Virus record (IMG/VR): IMGVR_UViG_3300042691_048960
Direction: 5' to 3' (one strand)
Length of the DNA: 64,000 nt
Source: an uncultured virus (IMG/VR IMGVR_UViG_3300042691_048960)
Lineage: Duplodnaviria; Heunggongvirae; Uroviricota; Caudoviricetes
Numbering within the stretch: position 1 is the first letter of the stretch; every line of letters begins with the position of its first letter. The notes under the pieces are model-generated. The model saw only the letters and a list, made by a program, of their open reading frames with translations, was not told the origin of the DNA and made no database searches. Positions 28,383 through 39,400 of the stretch are shown here, in pieces. The position numbers and the translations under genes are program-made.

Positions 28383-28783
28383 CCTATGATGCACAGCGAA
28401 TTGCCATTCAGCAGCGATTCAAAACACAGTTTTCTGCTCTTTATCCATCGGTGCCGCTCGTGTTCGATAACCTAAAAGCAGAAAAAGCACCGGATACGGG
28501 CTATCTGAAGCTATCCATTCTCAATGGCGATGCCGCACTGAAGGGCATCGGGCAAACCCGCCTGTTTCGTTATGCCGGTGTCATCAGCGTCGATATTTAC
28601 GTGCCACAGAAGACAGGTATCAAACAGGCTGATCTCTACGCTCAGGCTGTTGATGACATTTTTCGTGGTCAAGGCTTTAGCGGCATCGTCTGCCGTTATA
28701 GCGGAAGAAACGATATCGGCATCGAAGACAATGTCTGGCGAGTCAATATCAGCGTCCCGTTCTACCGCGACCGCATTTCCTAA
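28379..28783 (+). CDS. Tail terminator protein
   Basis: Position before the tail tube; G.I.VDIYVP..TG motif. Confidence 0.7.
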   Translation: MTYDAQRIAIQQRFKTQFSALYPSVPLVFDNLKAEKAPDTGYLKLSILNGDAALKGIGQTRLFRYAGVISVDIYVPQKTGIKQADLYAQAVDDIFRGQGFSGIVCRYSGRNDIGIEDNVWRVNISVPFYRDRIS

Positions 28784-28867
28784 ACCCAGTTTTTCAGTGC
28801 CATAGGCCAGATTCCGCTCTGCGGGTCTGGCTTTGTTCATTTCACTCAACCCCAAAGGAGAATCCCT

Positions 28868-30043
28868 ATGCCTTTTGCAGATACCGCGCGCGCGCAACTA
28901 TTTTACCTCAAGGAAGTAACCTGGGGTGTAACTCCCGCAGCCGCTATGACAGCCGCTCGCTTTACGGGTGAAACCCTAAACCTTGGCATTGAAACCATTC
29001 AGTCCAAAGAAATTCGCTCTGATCGGCAGATTACTGACCTGATTCAGACCGATGCCGAACCGGAAGGTGATGTGAATGTCGAGCTTTCCTATGGTGCGTT
29101 TGATGATTTCTTTGAAGGCGCATTGTTCGATAACTGGGCGACTGCCGTAAACCTCTCAGGCAGCACTTATGCCGCTGTATCTGGCGCACCTGACAGTTTC
29201 ACCGATTCAGCTAACGGCTTTATTACCGCAGGTATCAAGGCTGGACAGTGGCTTAAAACGGCGGGCTTTACCAACCCCAACAATAACGGCTTCTTTCAGG
29301 TGCTCACCGTTGCGGCTGGCACCATCACGGTGAAAGGTGAAACCAACCTTGTGAACGAAGCGGCAGCCGCTGGGCGAAGCATCAAAGGCACGACGATCCG
29401 CAACGGCACTACGCAAAATAGCTTCTCGATTGAGGCGCTTTTCGCAGATGTTACCAAATACAAGAATTTCACTGGTATGCGCGTTTCCAAAATGAGCTGG
29501 AAACTCTCTGTGGGTGATATCCTCACCGCAGTCTTCAACCTCATGGGCAAGGGATCTGCGATCTCCAACACATCCATCGGCACAGGTGGGCCGGTGGCTG
29601 CACCAACCAATAACGTGCTGAACGCGGTGAACAACGTCGCCTTCATCATGGAAGCTGGCAGTGCCTATGCAGGTAAGATTCAGGAGTTCAATCTGGATAT
29701 CGATAATAACCTGCGCGCGCAGAAAGCGGTTGGCACGCTGGGCAATGTCGGCATCGGGCTTGGCCGCGCAGTGGTGACAGGAAAGCTCAATGCCTATTAC
29801 GAAGGAACGGCAGGAAGCCTCTACACCAAATATCTGGCCGGCACGGAAAGCTCACTTTCGCTTCGCCTGACCGACAGTGCTGGCAATGCGTACATCCTGA
29901 CCATGCCTCGCATCAAATTCACCGAGGGCAATCTGGTGGCGGGCGAACCCGATGCAGACGTGATCGAAGAGCTTTCCTTCCAAGCGCTGCGTCATCCCAC
30001 CTACGGATTCACCATGCAAATTGACCGTTTCCCTAACCCATAA
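28868..30043 (+). CDS. Major tail tube protein
   Basis: E.TWG.TP...RFTGETL...S.EIR.DRQ..D N-terminus; Thr/Gly/Ala-rich. Confidence 0.85.
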   Translation: MPFADTARAQLFYLKEVTWGVTPAAAMTAARFTGETLNLGIETIQSKEIRSDRQITDLIQTDAEPEGDVNVELSYGAFDDFFEGALFDNWATAVNLSGSTYAAVSGAPDSFTDSANGFITAGIKAGQWLKTAGFTNPNNNGFFQVLTVAAGTITVKGETNLVNEAAAAGRSIKGTTIRNGTTQNSFSIEALFADVTKYKNFTGMRVSKMSWKLSVGDILTAVFNLMGKGSAISNTSIGTGGPVAAPTNNVLNAVNNVAFIMEAGSAYAGKIQEFNLDIDNNLRAQKAVGTLGNVGIGLGRAVVTGKLNAYYEGTAGSLYTKYLAGTESSLSLRLTDSAGNAYILTMPRIKFTEGNLVAGEPDADVIEELSFQALRHPTYGFTMQIDRFPNP

Positions 30044-30071
30044 CCATTCATAACCAACAAGGAGTATCCCA

Positions 30072-30539
30072 ATGTCTGACTTGCTCTCACTTTACGCAAC
30101 CGATGTCGAAAAGGAAAACCAGGGTGTCTGGACGGATGACCTCGGCGGCGGCTTGCGTCTTAAAGTAGCGCGGCTGCGTAACCCCAATTTCAAGCAGCTC
30201 TACGCCAAGCTCACCAAGCCGTATGAACGCCAGATTCGCGCACGCACGCTGGATGAGGCGACTGAAAACCGCATCCTTAACCAGTGCCTTTCCAAAACCG
30301 TATTGCTGGACTGGGAAAACCTGAATCTTGCAGGGCAAATCCTTGAGTATTCTATTGAGAATGCTCTTAAAGTGCTGAGTGATCCTCGCTTGCAGGATTT
30401 CCGTGATCTGGTGGTCGATCTGGCCAGTGATGCCCAGTTCTTCCGTGATGAATCGCTGGGGCAAGCGGAAAAAAACTTACCGAGTGGGTCAGATGGAGCG
30501 TCGAATGGGGCTCCCACATCGGGTTCCTTAGACGCATAG
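30072..30539 (+). CDS. Tail assembly chaperone (gpG-like)
   Basis: Between tail tube and tape measure; contains a slippery heptamer near its 3' end. Confidence 0.8.
   Translation: MSDLLSLYATDVEKENQGVWTDDLGGGLRLKVARLRNPNFKQLYAKLTKPYERQIRARTLDEATENRILNQCLSKTVLLDWENLNLAGQILEYSIENALKVLSDPRLQDFRDLVVDLASDAQFFRDESLGQAEKNLPSGSDGASNGAPTSGSLDA
30470..30476 (+). promoter_or_regulatory. -1 ribosomal frameshift site A AAA AAC
   Basis: X XXY YYZ heptamer in the correct phase; the -1 frame is open (KLTEWVRWSVEWG...) and continues into ORF 30569-30838. Confidence 0.8.
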
Positions 30540-30838
30540 AAGAACAGGAAGGCAAAACCCCATCTGCCTTGCTGCGAGAACCAGAGATTTTTCCTGATCT
30601 TCTCGACATACAGGATGCGTTTATCTTCCTGTCCCCAAGTCGGATAGCGGGATTTGGCACAGGCTTTATCCCGCTGTCTGAAATTGAAACCTATCTGCGC
30701 CTGTTTCCAACGGATGACATTGAACGCTTCACCATCCTCATACGGGCGATGGACCATGCCTATGTAGAAGCAGTCGAGAAACGGGCGCAGCGAATGGAAA
30801 AGAAACCCCGTGGAATCCAGACTCGTCGTAACCATTGA
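30473..30838 (+). CDS. Frameshift extension of the tail chaperone (gpGT-like C-terminal part)
   Basis: Open -1 frame ending ...IPLSEI..YL.L...IRAMD..Y. Confidence 0.7.
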   Translation, partial: KLTEWVRWSVEWGSHIGFLRRIEEQEGKTPSALLREPEIFPDLLDIQDAFIFLSPSRIAGFGTGFIPLSEIETYLRLFPTDDIERFTILIRAMDHAYVEAVEKRAQRMEKKPRGIQTRRNH

Positions 30839-33800
30839 TGGCCGTGGGGCAACCAGCGGCAGCAGGCAGGTTAATAGCGCCATTGATAGCGTGCGCTCCA
30901 ACGCCCGTGGCATGGTCACGGAAGTGGATGGTAGCTTCAACCGTTTGCGCCGTAGCCTGTTCTCCATTCAAGGCGCAATCGCAAGCCTTGGCATCGGTGA
31001 GTTTGTTCGTCGTTCGATCCGTTCCTTTGCCGAGTTCGAGACAGGGTTGGTTGGCGTAGGCAAAACTACGGGTATGGCAGGAAAGGAGCTGGAAGAGCTT
31101 GGCAAGCGTATCATTGCGCTTTCCAAATCCACGCCTGTTGCACGCAACCAGCTGCTCGATATTGCTCAAGCCGCTGGCCAGCTTGGCATTACAGGCAATG
31201 ACAACATCCTGAAATTTACCGACACCATTGCCAAAATGGGGGTGGCGACTGATCTTGTGGGCGATGAAGCCGCTGTCACAATGGCGCGCATCTTAAGCAT
31301 TACGGGTGAAGCCGTTCAATCAGTCGATAAGCTCGGATCAACCTTGGTGTTTCTCGGCAATGCGTCATCTGCCACGGAAGCCGAAATTGCGCGCATGACG
31401 ATTGAGCTGGCCAAGGCAACCGCGCAGTTCAATGTCTCAAGCGCAAACCTCGCAGGGCTTGGCACTGCGCTAAAAGAGTTTGGCCAACAGCCTGAATTGG
31501 CGCGTTCATCCATCCTGCGCACCTTCCTGACTCTAAAAAGCGCAACCGATGAAGGCGGTCAAAAGCTCCGTATCCTCGGCAAGCTGGCAGGACAGACAGG
31601 CGAACAATTTGCTCAAGGTTTCGGCAAGGATGCGTTTGGCGCATTCATGAAGTTCATCGAAGGCCTGCGCGGAGTAATTGAGCAAGGCGGCAATGCTGAA
31701 AAAGTGCTGGAATCCCTTGGGCTGAATGGCACCGAGATCAACGCCGTGTTGCCTTTGCTTGCGGTGCGGTTCGATACGCTCAAGCAGCGGGTGAAGGAAG
31801 CAAACGAGGCATATTCTGAAAATACTGCCCTTAATAAGGAAGCTGCGGTTGCGTTCACGACACTCGACAGCAAGCTAACTGTCCTGAAAAACAACGTGCA
31901 GGATGCCACTCGGCGCATCGGTGCGCAGCTTGCACCTGCGTTATCCACGCTGGCTGATAAGCTGATTGTGTTTGCCAATAGCGGCTTTGCGGATGCCATA
32001 GGTGCAGGACTTGGCGCAGCGTTGCAGGTGATAGCCGATAATATCGGACTGATTACGGCAGCACTTTCGGTGCTTGCGGCTGGCAAAATTCTCAGCATTT
32101 TCATCAATCTGAGCAAGGGCGCATTTTTGCTGGCAACCAACCTTCGCCTTGGTGCGCTGGAAGCCATTGCTCAGGCAAGCGGGCTAACCCGCGCTCAGGC
32201 TGCCGCAAATCTTTATGTCACAGGCGCAACTGCGGTTGCCACATCATCCCGCAATGTATCCTTGTGGACGCGCGCGGCAGCGATTGGCACTTTTGCCCTT
32301 AATACGGCACTTGGTCTCGTGGGCTTGAATCTGGCGACGGTCAGCGGTGTCTTTAGCCGCCTCGGTGCGGTGATGTCATCGGCTGGCAGTCTGTTACTGC
32401 GCGTAGGAAGCACTCTTGGCGCAGCGATTGCGCCGTTTCTGACCATGAGCACTGTGACTGCGGCGGCAGGGTTAGCCGTTCGTGGGCTGGCAGCCGCGTT
32501 TGGTATTCTCCTGAGTCCTATCGGTATCGTGGTGGCAGCCATCACTGGGCTTGTCCTGCTGTTTCAAAACTACAAAGACGAAGTGGTGCAGATCGGCGAG
32601 CTAAATGCCTCGGTCGGCAACATCCTTCAAGCTATCTGGAATGTGACTCTCACTCGCATCCGTGAGACGATTGCAGGCTGGGTCGAGGGCGTGAAGCAAG
32701 TCTATAACGGGCTTTCTTCCTTTATCTCCGACCTGTGGCAACGCATCACTCAGGCGATTGGCGGTTATATCGATAGTGCCATAGGTTTTGTGACCGAAGG
32801 TGTCGCAGCGATTGCCGAGCGGTTTAACTTCCTGCCTGAGCCGGTGGTTGCCGTATTCAGCAGCATTTATGAATCCATTCGCGGTTTCTTCGAGCAGATC
32901 GTTACCTTCATCTCCGATAAAATCGACGCAATTCTGGGCTTCTTCCGCAAACTCAAAGAGGAAGCCATGTCCCTGTTTAATGACATCAAGCAGGGATTAA
33001 GCGATGCAGTAGATTCCATCCCGAATCTGCTTGGCAAGGATGTGGTGAAAGAAGCCAACCGTCTTCAACAACAATCCTCACCCGCAAGCAAGGCACAGGA
33101 AGCGGTGAAAGGCGGCAAGGTTTCAGATACGCCGTTTGGTCCAGCATTGCCTGCACCGCCGAAGCGCGATGTGAGCCTTCAAGAAATCAACGGGCTACTT
33201 GGCGGCAAAGGGTCTGGGAAAACAGGCGGCGGTGGATTTGCTGATCCTGCGATTCAAAAACAAGAACGGCTGAAGCAACTCATTGAAGAAACGCTTACAC
33301 CGCAGGAACGCTACAACCGCGCTATTGAAGAGCTTAACAACCTACAGCCTAAATCGGCGGAAGGTGTGGAAGCGGTACGCCGTAAAATGGCCGAGCTGAC
33401 GCAGGAGCTGCGCGATCAGGATCCAGTGTGGCGCGAAAACCAGCGTTTGGCGGAACAATTCAAAGGTGACTTTGAAAACACCTTTAAGCGTGGGCTGGAA
33501 AGCGTCTTCCGCAAGGGCAAAGACGGTTTCAAGGATATGATGTCTGGCTTCAAAGACATGTATTTCAATATCCTGACCGAAATCACTGCGCGTCCAATTC
33601 TAGAAGCACTGCTAGGCCAGAAGGAAACCATCTTCGGCGGGCGCAGCGGCGGCATTCTTTCTGACATCTTCGGTCAGATTGCTGGCGATAGCGGCGGAGG
33701 CGGAATCTTTGACCAGATTCTCGGCAAGCCAGCCAATGACAATAAGCCTGGTGGGCCGTTCTCCACCATCTTCGTGCCTGACTATGGCAAGAAGCTGGGC

Positions 33801-34514
33801 GAAGACATGGCGGGACAGTTCGCCAAAGACAGTGCTGGTAGCACGGGCTTTCTGGGCAAGCTGGGTTCGATCTTCTCCAGTTCGGGTGAAGGCGGCGGAT
33901 TCCTCAGCGGCATCCAAGGCATTTTTCAGGGCTTCAGCAGCGGTATCGGCGGTATCTTCAGCCAGCTCGGTGGCGCGCTGGGCGGCCTCTTTGGGTTTGG
34001 CGGTGGTGCTGGCGGTGGCGGATTTGGCAGTATCCTGAGCCTTGCAGGTAGCTTCATTGGCAACAGCATAATGCCAGGGTTTGGCTCCATCATTGGCAGC
34101 GTGTTCGGTGGCTTTTTTGCCGATGGCGGGAAAGTCCGAGCGGGCGTTCCTATCGTGGTGGGTGAGCGTGGTCCTGAGCTATTCACGCCTTCCGTGAATG
34201 GTGAAATCGTCCCGCATGACAAAGTGCGGCGCATGATGGCCGTGAATGACAATATCGCGGGGTTCATGGCCGATGGCGGTCGTGTGCTGGCTGGCAACCG
34301 CTATGTCACCGGTGAGCGCGGGCGGGAATTGTTCGTACCCGATGAACTACCCCGATTTAGCGGCACGCAGGAAAGTCAGCAGCCACAGCAGGAATCCCCA
34401 GTGGTCATCCACATGAACATCAGCACGCCTGATGCTCAAACCTTCCGCCGCAGCCAAGGCCAGATCATGACCGAGGCGGCACTGGCAATCCAAAAAGCAC
34501 GGAGAAACATGTGA
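30810..34514 (+). CDS. Tail tape measure protein
   Basis: 1234 aa, Ala/Gly-rich helical repeats, C-terminal FADGG...GERGPELF.P motif. Confidence 0.93.
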   Translation: MESRLVVTIDGRGATSGSRQVNSAIDSVRSNARGMVTEVDGSFNRLRRSLFSIQGAIASLGIGEFVRRSIRSFAEFETGLVGVGKTTGMAGKELEELGKRIIALSKSTPVARNQLLDIAQAAGQLGITGNDNILKFTDTIAKMGVATDLVGDEAAVTMARILSITGEAVQSVDKLGSTLVFLGNASSATEAEIARMTIELAKATAQFNVSSANLAGLGTALKEFGQQPELARSSILRTFLTLKSATDEGGQKLRILGKLAGQTGEQFAQGFGKDAFGAFMKFIEGLRGVIEQGGNAEKVLESLGLNGTEINAVLPLLAVRFDTLKQRVKEANEAYSENTALNKEAAVAFTTLDSKLTVLKNNVQDATRRIGAQLAPALSTLADKLIVFANSGFADAIGAGLGAALQVIADNIGLITAALSVLAAGKILSIFINLSKGAFLLATNLRLGALEAIAQASGLTRAQAAANLYVTGATAVATSSRNVSLWTRAAAIGTFALNTALGLVGLNLATVSGVFSRLGAVMSSAGSLLLRVGSTLGAAIAPFLTMSTVTAAAGLAVRGLAAAFGILLSPIGIVVAAITGLVLLFQNYKDEVVQIGELNASVGNILQAIWNVTLTRIRETIAGWVEGVKQVYNGLSSFISDLWQRITQAIGGYIDSAIGFVTEGVAAIAERFNFLPEPVVAVFSSIYESIRGFFEQIVTFISDKIDAILGFFRKLKEEAMSLFNDIKQGLSDAVDSIPNLLGKDVVKEANRLQQQSSPASKAQEAVKGGKVSDTPFGPALPAPPKRDVSLQEINGLLGGKGSGKTGGGGFADPAIQKQERLKQLIEETLTPQERYNRAIEELNNLQPKSAEGVEAVRRKMAELTQELRDQDPVWRENQRLAEQFKGDFENTFKRGLESVFRKGKDGFKDMMSGFKDMYFNILTEITARPILEALLGQKETIFGGRSGGILSDIFGQIAGDSGGGGIFDQILGKPANDNKPGGPFSTIFVPDYGKKLGEDMAGQFAKDSAGSTGFLGKLGSIFSSSGEGGGFLSGIQGIFQGFSSGIGGIFSQLGGALGGLFGFGGGAGGGGFGSILSLAGSFIGNSIMPGFGSIIGSVFGGFFADGGKVRAGVPIVVGERGPELFTPSVNGEIVPHDKVRRMMAVNDNIAGFMADGGRVLAGNRYVTGERGRELFVPDELPRFSGTQESQQPQQESPVVIHMNISTPDAQTFRRSQGQIMTEAALAIQKARRNM

Positions 34515-35110
34515 GCTTTGTCGAAATTCAATTTCCTGCCGACATCTCTTACGGCTCAAGCGGTGGGCCGACATTTTCCACCGATGTCATAGAAGCCTTT
34601 AGCGGGTTCGAGCAGCGCAACATTAACTGGAGTGCCGCTCGCGCCCGCTACAATGTGGCGCATGGGGTAAAAACCCAAAGCCAGCTTGATGAGCTGATTG
34701 CGTTTTTCCGAGCACGCCAAGGCAAGGCCATTGGCTTTCGCTTTAAGGACTGGACAGATTATCAGGCGGTTGCCCAGAATATCGGTACGGGCAACGGTTC
34801 ACAAACCATTTTCCAGCTGACGAAAAAATACACCAGCAGTGTCACCGTCACGCGGGTTATCAAAAAACCCGTCAATAACGCCACGCTGAAAGTGTATCTT
34901 AACGCCGTTCTCCAGTCGTCTGGCTTCACAGTGAACTATGCCACGGGAGAGATTACCTTCACCACTGCGCCTGGAAGTGGCGTTGCCGTCACCGCTGACT
35001 TTGAGTTCGATGTACCAGTGCGCTTTGATACCGATCAGCTCGATGCGGCAATCGATGACTTTGGCACCCGCAGCTGGTCGGATATTCCGCTGGTGGAGGT
35101 GCGCCTATGA
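34511..35110 (+). CDS. Distal tail protein (DUF2460/TIGR02217, RcGTA-like)
   Basis: F.E..FP.DISYGS.GGP.F.T, FRFKDW.DY, FEFDVPVRFDTD.L. Confidence 0.9.
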   Translation: MSFVEIQFPADISYGSSGGPTFSTDVIEAFSGFEQRNINWSAARARYNVAHGVKTQSQLDELIAFFRARQGKAIGFRFKDWTDYQAVAQNIGTGNGSQTIFQLTKKYTSSVTVTRVIKKPVNNATLKVYLNAVLQSSGFTVNYATGEITFTTAPGSGVAVTADFEFDVPVRFDTDQLDAAIDDFGTRSWSDIPLVEVRL

Positions 35111-35955
35111 GACCTATCACCCCAAATTTAACCACGCATTTGCAAGGGGAAGTCACCACACTGGCTACCTGTTGGAAAATCACCCGTGCGGATGGCGTGG
35201 TCAAAACCTTCACCGATCTGGATAGGGATATTATTTTTGCCAGCCTGACTTATCTCTCGATTGCAGGATTCACACCCTCCAGCGTTGAAACCAAGGATAA
35301 TTTCTCGGTCGATAACGTCGAGGTGCAGGGGATGTTTCAAACGGGCTACATAACCGCCCCTGATTTGCTGGCTGGCAAATATGACTTTGCCGAAGTTGAA
35401 ATCTTCATCGTGAACTACATGGATATTTCGCAAGGCAGAATGCTATTGCGCCGTGGACGGCTTGGCGAAGTCACCATGCAAAAAGACACGTTCATTGCCG
35501 AACTCCGCGGATTAGCCGAAAGCCTACAGCAAACTATCGGAGAGCTTTATCAGCCCTCATGCCGCGCCATTCTGGGCGATAGCGAATGCAAGAAGGTGCT
35601 GACCAGCTTCACCTTCACAGGCACGGTGACCACCGTATCCAGCGGCCTGATTTTTACCAGCAATGCCCTCACGCAAGCCGCAGGATATTTCACTGGCGGT
35701 CAAATCACTTGGACATCTGGCAATAATAACGGCCTCAAAATGGAAGTGAAAGAGTTTGCCAATAAGCAAGTGGTGCTCGCGCAAGCCATGCCCTACGCCA
35801 TACAGGTTGGCAGTAGCTTCCAGATCATCGCAGGATGCGACAAGACGCATCAAACCTGCATCAGCAAGTTCAACAATATCATCAATTTTCGTGGTGAGCC
35901 GTTTGTCCCTGGCACGGATGCCATTAGCAAAACGGCGGGTACGATGGACAGGTAG
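35107..35955 (+). CDS. Baseplate hub protein (DUF2163, RcGTA-like)
   Basis: TTLA.CW.I.R.DG, CRA.LGD..C, AGCDK...TC..KF.N..NFRGEP.VPG. Confidence 0.9.
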   Translation: MRPITPNLTTHLQGEVTTLATCWKITRADGVVKTFTDLDRDIIFASLTYLSIAGFTPSSVETKDNFSVDNVEVQGMFQTGYITAPDLLAGKYDFAEVEIFIVNYMDISQGRMLLRRGRLGEVTMQKDTFIAELRGLAESLQQTIGELYQPSCRAILGDSECKKVLTSFTFTGTVTTVSSGLIFTSNALTQAAGYFTGGQITWTSGNNNGLKMEVKEFANKQVVLAQAMPYAIQVGSSFQIIAGCDKTHQTCISKFNNIINFRGEPFVPGTDAISKTAGTMDR

Positions 35956-35957
35956 CC

Positions 35958-36422
35958 ATGCCAGACGCTCAACAAATCATAGATTGTGCACGCGGCTATC
36001 TCGGCACACCGTTTCATCACCAAGGCCGATTAAAGGGTGTCGGCGTGGATTGCATCGGGTTGGTGGTCGGCGTGGCGGATAGTCTCGGATTAACCGATGA
36101 TAAAGGAATTCTGCTCGCCAGTTTTGACCATGCTGATTATCCCCCTACTCCGGCAGGGGAGAGCCTAAAACGCCCAGTTTCCCTACATTTATGCGAATTG
36201 CCGTCGGCAGGGGAGTACCAGCCAGCTGACGTATTGCTGTTTCGGTTTCATCAAGATCCACAGCATGTCGGCATCGTTTCGCGGCTGCCTGACGGGGAGC
36301 TTGGTATCATCCATTGCTATGCCAGCATCGGCAAAGTGGTGGAGCATCGGCTCAATGACACTTGGAAGCGGCTTATTGTCGCTGCTTTTCGCTTTCCTCA
36401 GTTACTTACGGATTCAACATAA
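35958..36422 (+). CDS. NlpC/P60 tail peptidase
   Basis: LGTPFHHQGR.KGVGVDC.GL...HVGI...IH. Confidence 0.9.
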   Translation: MPDAQQIIDCARGYLGTPFHHQGRLKGVGVDCIGLVVGVADSLGLTDDKGILLASFDHADYPPTPAGESLKRPVSLHLCELPSAGEYQPADVLLFRFHQDPQHVGIVSRLPDGELGIIHCYASIGKVVEHRLNDTWKRLIVAAFRFPQLLTDST

Positions 36423-36425
36423 CTC

Positions 36426-39400
36426 ATGTCTAGCGTACTTCCTGTTGTCGGTGCCGTTGGCGGCTTTCTCATCGGTGGGCCGCAAGGCGCGGTGATTGGC
36501 TATGGCCTCGGCATGGGCGTGGCAGGTGCTTTCGGCGGTGGAAAAACCGTCAGGCTTCCTGATGTCGAAGGACCGCGCCTATCAGATTTACGCATCCAGA
36601 CCTCCAATTACGGCAAGGTTATTCCTGAGATATTTGGCACCGCTCGACTGTCGGGCAATGTCATCTGGGCGCGTCCCATCAGCGAAGTACGCAAGGAAAC
36701 CACCACTTCCAGCACGCAAAGCGGGGGTAAAGGGGGTGGCGGTGGGCGCGTCACCCAAACGCAAACCAGCGTGTCCTATGAATACTTCGTCACGATGGCG
36801 ATTGCCGTTTGCAAGGGACCGATTGACGAGATCGTGCGCGTGTGGGCGGATGCAAAAGTGCTGGATGAAAACTTTTTGCAATCAGGCCAAGGCAAGTATC
36901 ATGTCTATTTAGGCACGGAAACCCAGAATCCCGATACCATAATGGAAGGGTTTGAAGGGGTAGGAAAAACACCCGCGTTTCGTGGCTTGGCCTATGTGGT
37001 GATACAGGATTTTCCACTGGCGCAGTTTGGTAACCGCATTCCTAACTTCACGTTTGAAGTAAGGCGCAGCGTGCGCTTTCAGCCTGCCGTCGAAGACAAG
37101 GTGAAAGATATCATCCTGATTCCTGGGGCGGGTGAGTTTGTCTATGCCCCAAGTATTTACACCAAGCAGCTTGGGCAAGACACGGCGGGCGGCTTTGTCG
37201 CCAGTTCGGGTAAAGACCCGATCAACATGCACAATTTCAACAATGTGGCGGATGTTAAGCTATCGCTCGATCAGCTACAGGCAACATTTCCTAACCTCGA
37301 ATGGGTGGGGCTGGTCGTCACATGGTTTGCCACATCAACGGATGCAGGTGCATGTACCGTCGTTCCCAAAGTGGAGTTTGGCACGGCTGGCATCTCGATT
37401 GAGCCGCAAGATTGGGCAGTTGCAGGGTTAACCAGAGCAACCGCGCAGCAAGTATTAACTTTTGGCGATGGAAAACCCACCTATGGCGGCACGCCAAGCG
37501 ATAAATCGGTAGTAGATTTATGCGTCGAAATTAAAGCACGGGGGTTGAAGGTTCTCTTCTATCCGATGATTTTCGTCGATCAGATCACACCTACGCCAAA
37601 GCCTTGGCGCGGTAGGATTACTCCTGCCAATCTGACGGACTGCAATAACTGGTTCACTAAAACCAATGGCTTTAACGCCTTTATCCGTCACTATTCGCAG
37701 CTTCAGGTGGGCGGTGTCTATCTCAAGAACAATATCGATGCCTTCGTAATTGGCTCGGAGCTGGTGGGTATGACCAGCTATAGCAACACCACTGGCAATT
37801 TTCCTGCGGTCAGCCAGCTGGCATCCCTTGCGGCACTGGTAAAGGCTGATGTCGGAGCAGCCGTTAAAACCACCTATGCCGCTGACTGGAGCGAGTATCA
37901 CTCGACAGGCGGCTGGTTCAATATGGATCCGCTTTGGGCATCCTCCAGCATCGACTTTGTCGGCATCGACAGCTATTTCCCGCTTACGCCTGATCTACCG
38001 CAAAGCCAGATTACCGAAGCCAAAATCAAGGAATACTGGGAAAAAGGCGAAGGCTGGGATTATTTCTACACCGATTCTGTCAACCGCACGGGGCTTACCA
38101 ATTACACCGATGCGAAATACGCATGGAAAAACCTTGAATACTGGTGGGCAAATGTTCATGTGAACCCCAACAGCGTGCAAACCGCATGGACTTCCAAAAT
38201 GAAGGAAGTCTGGTTTACCGAGTTTGGCTTTCCATCAGTCGATGCGGCAGCGAATCAGCCTAATGTCTTTTATGACCCCACATCCAGCGAATCGTTTTAT
38301 CCGCGCGCCAGTAAGGGGCGTGTCGATTTCAAGGCGCAGCGGGAGGCAATCAACGCCACGCTCGATTATCTGCAAGCTCGCAATGCCTTGAGCGGCAAAA
38401 GCGGGCTGGTGCCGCGTTCCTTCATCTGGACATGGGATGCGCGCCCGTTTTCTTTCTGGCCTGATCTGGGCAATGTCTGGGCGGATGCAATCCTTTGGAA
38501 AACAGGGCACTGGATTAACGGCAAGCTCGGCAATTCCACGCTCGGCGCTATCGTCGCCAAGCTGCTGGAAAAAGTCGGTCTATCAGCCAGCGATTATGAC
38601 GTGACCCGTCTGACGGATACCGTGGATGGGTTTTTAATGGCGCAAACCATAACCATCCGCGAGGCGTTAGAACAGCTGCAATCAGCCTATTTCTTTGATT
38701 GCGTAGAGTCCGATGGATTGCTGAAGTTCATTAAGCGTGGTGGGCAAGAAACCGCCACCATCAGCGATCAGAACATTATTCCCAACAGCAAAGACGGTAA
38801 TGTGCGTGATCTGGTGGAAACCATCCGCAAGCATGAGCTGGATTTGCCGCAGCAGGTGAATGTGACTTACATCAACCGTGCCGCATTCTTCGATCCTGGC
38901 ACGCAGCTTTCACAGCGGCAAACCGTGAATGCCGTTAACAAGGTGGGGCTGAATCTCCCCGTGGTGATGACAGATCAGCAGGGCAAGACGATTGCCGATG
39001 TCACGCTCTATAATGCCTGGAATGAGCGCAATAATTATAAATTCAATGTAGGGGCGCGCTATTCCACTATCGAACCCACAGACATCATCATCGTTAATCA
39101 GAATGCCGTTCCAACCTCCATGCGCGTGCTTTCTACGCGCATCGAGCGTAACGGACTGACTGAAATTACGGCGGCTTCGGAAGACGTATCCACCTATGAC
39201 TTCTACACACCGCCTGGAGAAACGCCCCCAGTTGTCGAGCAAGGAACCGTCATACCCGGAACACGGCTGGAGCTGATTGATATTCCGCCGCTACCCAATG
39301 ACATTGACCCTGTGGGCATTCTGCGCGTTGCCGTGACAGCGCTCGGTGAAAACTGGAACGGCTCGGTCGTCTATCGGTCGGATGACGGAGGAGAAGCAGG

